From: Azolla caroliniana
Taxonomy: Eukaryota; Plantae; Polypodiophyta
Direction: 5' to 3'
Assembly: GCA_043228905.1 (NCBI GenBank)
Contig: JBHGNT010000013.1
Location: forward strand, 7,130,001 to 7,194,000
DNA: 64,000 bases
The notes under the pieces are model-generated. The model did no database searches and had not been told where the DNA came from. It worked only from the letters and a program-made list of their open reading frames with translations. Each line of letters begins with the position of its first letter. Within the stretch, counting starts at the first letter, position 1. Shown piece by piece: positions 60,101 to 64,000 of this stretch. Made by a program: the position numbers and the translations under genes.

Positions 60101-62430
60101 GATTCCTACTAGGAGTTGTAGCGACAGAAGACCTAGAGCTCGAGCAAATGGACGTAAAGACGACATTCCTACTCGGAGATCTAGAAGAAGACATTTACAT
60201 GTCTCAAACAGAAGGCTTCATGACAATGAGGGAGTAAAGTCACCTCGTATGTCGACTGAAGAAAAGCCTCTATGGCTTGAAACAAGCGCCGAGGATGTGG
60301 TGCCAGAGGTTCGACTCCTACATCAGGTAGCTTGGATACCACTGATCTGACTCCGACCCATGCATGTATGTTCGGCAACTGGCCGACAAGTCTAGGATTT
60401 ATCTAATCCTATATGTCGATGACATACTGATTGTAGGAAGCAATCAAGCAGAGATCAAAAAACAAAAGTGGAGCCTTCACGTTGTCGTGCCTTTCAGCTC
60501 CGGATCGTTGCGTGAGTCGGGTGGGAACCACTAGGGTTTTGGACTAGGAAGAGGAAGAATTTGAGATGAGTTTGGTTATGAATAGATAGAAAGATAGGTA
60601 AGTTATGAATCTTGTGAGTCCCACGAGTTTAGTGTATTTAATCAATATCTAGATAGTAAGAGACAATTTTGATCACAAATTCGTGAATCCCACGAATATA
60701 TTATATTAATTGGTGTTTTAGGAAATATATCCAATTTCCAAATATTCCACACACTATTACATTGTGCTCCTCATCCTTATATAGTGATGAGAGAGTCTTC
60801 ACAATCCATACCTTTTTCTCTAACTATAGACTATATGCTTTATCTAATATGCTTTTTCTAACTTTAGTTTTCATGCACACTGCATGTGCATGATTAGCTT
60901 TTTATCCCATCTTTTCTTTTAACTCGAGTGTGTATGTATGAGTAACTTCTTGTACCATGCATATTTAGAATATTTACATGGGATAAAGTTTAGAGTAACT
61001 TTAAAATTCATAATATGCTAGTATAGTGGTAAGGCTTAAAAATCGTTTACATTATTAACATGGAGGTGCAAGGTTCAAATCTTACCCTATGCATGTAATA
61101 TATATTTTTATACTTTCTTCTATTTACAAATATGTCTCTTCATCCGGTGAGACACTCTCACCGGCCTTCTTCATCCGGTTCTCACCAGGTCTCCTTGTCG
61201 GGTCTTCCTTGCCGATTCCTCCTTCATCTGATTCCATATGGTTATCCTTACCGGGTCCTCCTTACCGGGTCCTCCTTGCCGATTCCTCTTTCATCTGATT
61301 CCATCCGGTTATCCTTACCGGTCCTCTTCGTTCGTTTCTCACCGATTCTCACAGGCCTTCTTCATCTGGCTCTTGCCGGTTCTCCTTACCGGTTTCGGTC
61401 CTTACCGGTTCCTCCTTCCGGTTCTCACCGGCTACTCAATGTCCTATCCGGAGAGACCAAAAATGTAATTTTTCACATAGTGTGTGAATTACACTATGAC
61501 AACGTCAAGTTCTCGATGAAGAAACATAGACAAGCCCGTCACATACTAGGCATGAGGATCGAGGGAAATCGGACGACCAAGACTCTCTGACACTCCTTGT
61601 CCGATTATATCCAAAAGGTGCTGAAGCGCTTGAATATAGAGAATACGAAGACGACACCAACACCGCTTCCGGCATCGATCCGACTATCAGACAAAGACTC
61701 TCCTTCAACGAGAGAGAGCTTAATGGAAAGATGCCCTACGCATCAGCCGTAGGAAGTATCATGTACGCAATGGTGGCAACCAGACCCGACCTTAGCCTAT
61801 GCCGTAGGGGTGGTTAGCCGGTACATGTCAAACCTAGGACAGAAGCATTGGGAGGCCGTCAAGCACATCTTCAGGTACCTGAGAGGGACTGAAGATACAC
61901 AGTTAACCTTCAGTTTAACAACCTCAACCGATGTCGAAGGTTACACTGACTCCGACTATGCCAGAAATATGGACAATCGGAAGCCTACATAAAGGTACAT
62001 CTTCACATATGGCGGCGGTGCTATATCATGGAGTCGAAGCTTCAAGAGTGCACGACCCTATCTACCATACAGGCTGAGTACATAGCAGCATCGGAGGCAG
62101 CGAAGGAAACAATCTAGTTGCACCATCTATCTGCCGACTTCTCAGCTACAAGTCGAATAGACCAACCAACGCCGACCATCCATTACGACTTACAGAGCTC
62201 AATACACCTGACCAACCATCCTGTCTAGCATGGAAAGACAAAGCATATTGAGGTGCAATATCATCACATCCGGGAGCTCATAACCAAGAGGAAGCTCGAA
62301 GTCCGGAAGATCAACACCGAGGTGAACATCGCCGATTGCTTGCCAAAGCCACTCCTAGATCAACGATTCAAAGCATTAAGGATAAAGATGGGACTACAAC
62401 AAGAGACCAAGCAGAAGAAGGCCAAATGAG
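57120..62430 (+). mobile_element. Degenerate Ty1/copia internal region (Tnt1/Tork-like gag-PR-INT-RT-RH), no LTRs visible
   Basis: KFDGKNFALWK, WLLDS, LRSDSGGEY, GYRLWDP...[23 protein letters not shown] and KTKHIEV, with many stops. Confidence 0.88.
60483..61501 (-). repeat. Solo LTR of the Trp group inserted in the copia RT
   Basis: TGTC...GACA termini homologous to 45384-46207, 4-bp TSD ACGT. The copia RT reads through after removal. Confidence 0.92.
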
Positions 62431-62499
62431 AAGCAAGGGGTAAGTTGAACCAATTGACTCAGATAAGTCAATCTGTCTAACTAGCCGAACCAGGCCAAG

Positions 62500-64000
62500 G
62501 GACAGGCTTCAAGGGAGTATCCACGGGATAAGACAACAAACTCCGACGTGGGAAACATTTGAAGAAGCACTAGAGACCACGTTCGCCATCGAGGACTCCT
62601 CCAAGCCAACGCGGAGGGGATTCGAAGATTGGGTGGAAACGCTAGACAAGGGGTTGAAGTTCCTTGATGTGTTTTTGGCATTCGAAAGTCAGTTCAGGAG
62701 GTTGTCCGCGAGAGATCAAGCTATCCTCGCACCGGACAAAGTGATCATGTTCTTACAAGCCATGGATGTCCGGGACCAGAAAGATCTTGAAATGCTTCTA
62801 GAGGACACCACTACTAAGAGTGGCCTCACCAATACATGGGAAAACGTGCAGGATATCGTCGCGTGATACAAAAAGAGAGGGCAGTGGCTTGGTAGTGAAG
62901 AAAAGAGGGGTTCGGAACCAATTCTGAAACCAAGATCTAGATTGGAAGACCATCAATCGTGGGCTCGGGAGACTACGACCAAGAAGGGAATCGATGCAAC
63001 CACGGTGGAGCAGTTGCTAAAGGAGATGGAGAACTTGAACATCGCGATGGTAAAGAAGTCGGATGACCGTCCCACAAGTTCCAAGTATATGGATCGTCGA
63101 TGAATATGGTGCAATAACACCAAACATGATCGGAGGGATTGCGACGAGCACAAGGAGGCACTACGACGGGACCTTATCTACTACGAGGGAAATCGGATTC
63201 ATTCGATGGACTCTCGGAAGCCACTCTGATAGAACTTCCGAAAAGGTGGCATGAAGAAGGTCCTAGAGGAGGCAATAGTGGCGAAAAGCAATTATGCGAC
63301 AACAGCAGGGATATGTGTGGGTGAGTCATCTAGAGCAAAAGCATCTTTTTGGCCCGAAGTGTTAGAAAAGCCCGAGAAAACTAACTCTAATGAGATCTGA
63401 AGCACCACGTAAGGCATTTGAGAAGCTAAGGGATGGGAGTGGCCCGTCGATAAGAATAGCATGTACACCCTATGCCAATTACATGAGATGTATGTAGATG
63501 AGAAACGACGGCGCACAGATGATGCGGCCGGACCATCAAAGACGCCGGAGAGCTGGAACTCCGAAGGGAAGGGGAAAGGAAAACAAATTCCAGCATTGAG
63601 ACTCGCTTCAGACACCGAGCAACGGACGGACTTAAAAACGGTGTTCAAGGAGAGAATCCTCGATAGCTGGGTAGATTTTTCGCTTCGGGAATTACTCGGA
63701 ATAGCGAAGGAGTTCCTCGATCTTCTTGTGGATCTCGTAAAGAGAAAAAGACAAAATACGGAGGAAAATGCTCCAAGGGTGAATGAAAATACCATTCTAA
63801 TGATTGACACCGAAGTGGAGAATGAAATTCCAAACTCCCACTACAGAAGGCCCTACTGGGCACGCGCAATTGCGAAGACTCTGGTCCGAATCGGAAACAT
63901 CAACGAGCTCGTACTAGCATTGATTGATTACGGATCGGAGTTCAATTAAATGTCCAAGGAGTTCTACCAGAAGGGGAAGTGGCCTATTAATACTAATCAT
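62500..64000 (+). mobile_element. Trp-group gypsy gag-protease region (degenerate, runs off the window)
   Basis: Reverse-complement homologue of 38920-40085, with LALIDYGSE protease-like motif. Confidence 0.85.

Overview
The window is almost entirely nested LTR retrotransposons from a plant genome, probably a non-seed land plant (inferred from the lineage mix). It holds four groups. (1) Ty3/gypsy chromoviruses: one complete copy at 6310-11974 with apparently identical 429-bp LTRs and a CATAG target-site duplication (TSD), plus two truncated relatives. (2) tRNA-Arg-primed non-chromovirus gypsy elements carrying a long extra ORF after integrase, including one complete copy at 43902-57093 with TSD AAGGG. 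(3) A tRNA-Trp-primed gypsy group with 4-bp TSDs, comprising degraded autonomous copies, Gag-only derivatives and a solo LTR. (4) Three Ty1/copia elements. The only host-gene sequence is an intronless IST1-like pseudogene with a small kinase fragment (22.3-23.7 kb). Two signals stand out. First, four Arg-primed 3' LTRs have no polypurine tract and are instead preceded by a hairpin plus a sense copy of a tRNA-Arg 3' end, i.e. a second, inverted primer-binding site. Second, LTRs of two unrelated gypsy lineages carry antisense tRNA-derived A-box/B-box (Pol III) cassettes. All alignments were done by eye, tRNA assignments rest on recalled plant tRNA 3' ends, and no database searches were run.
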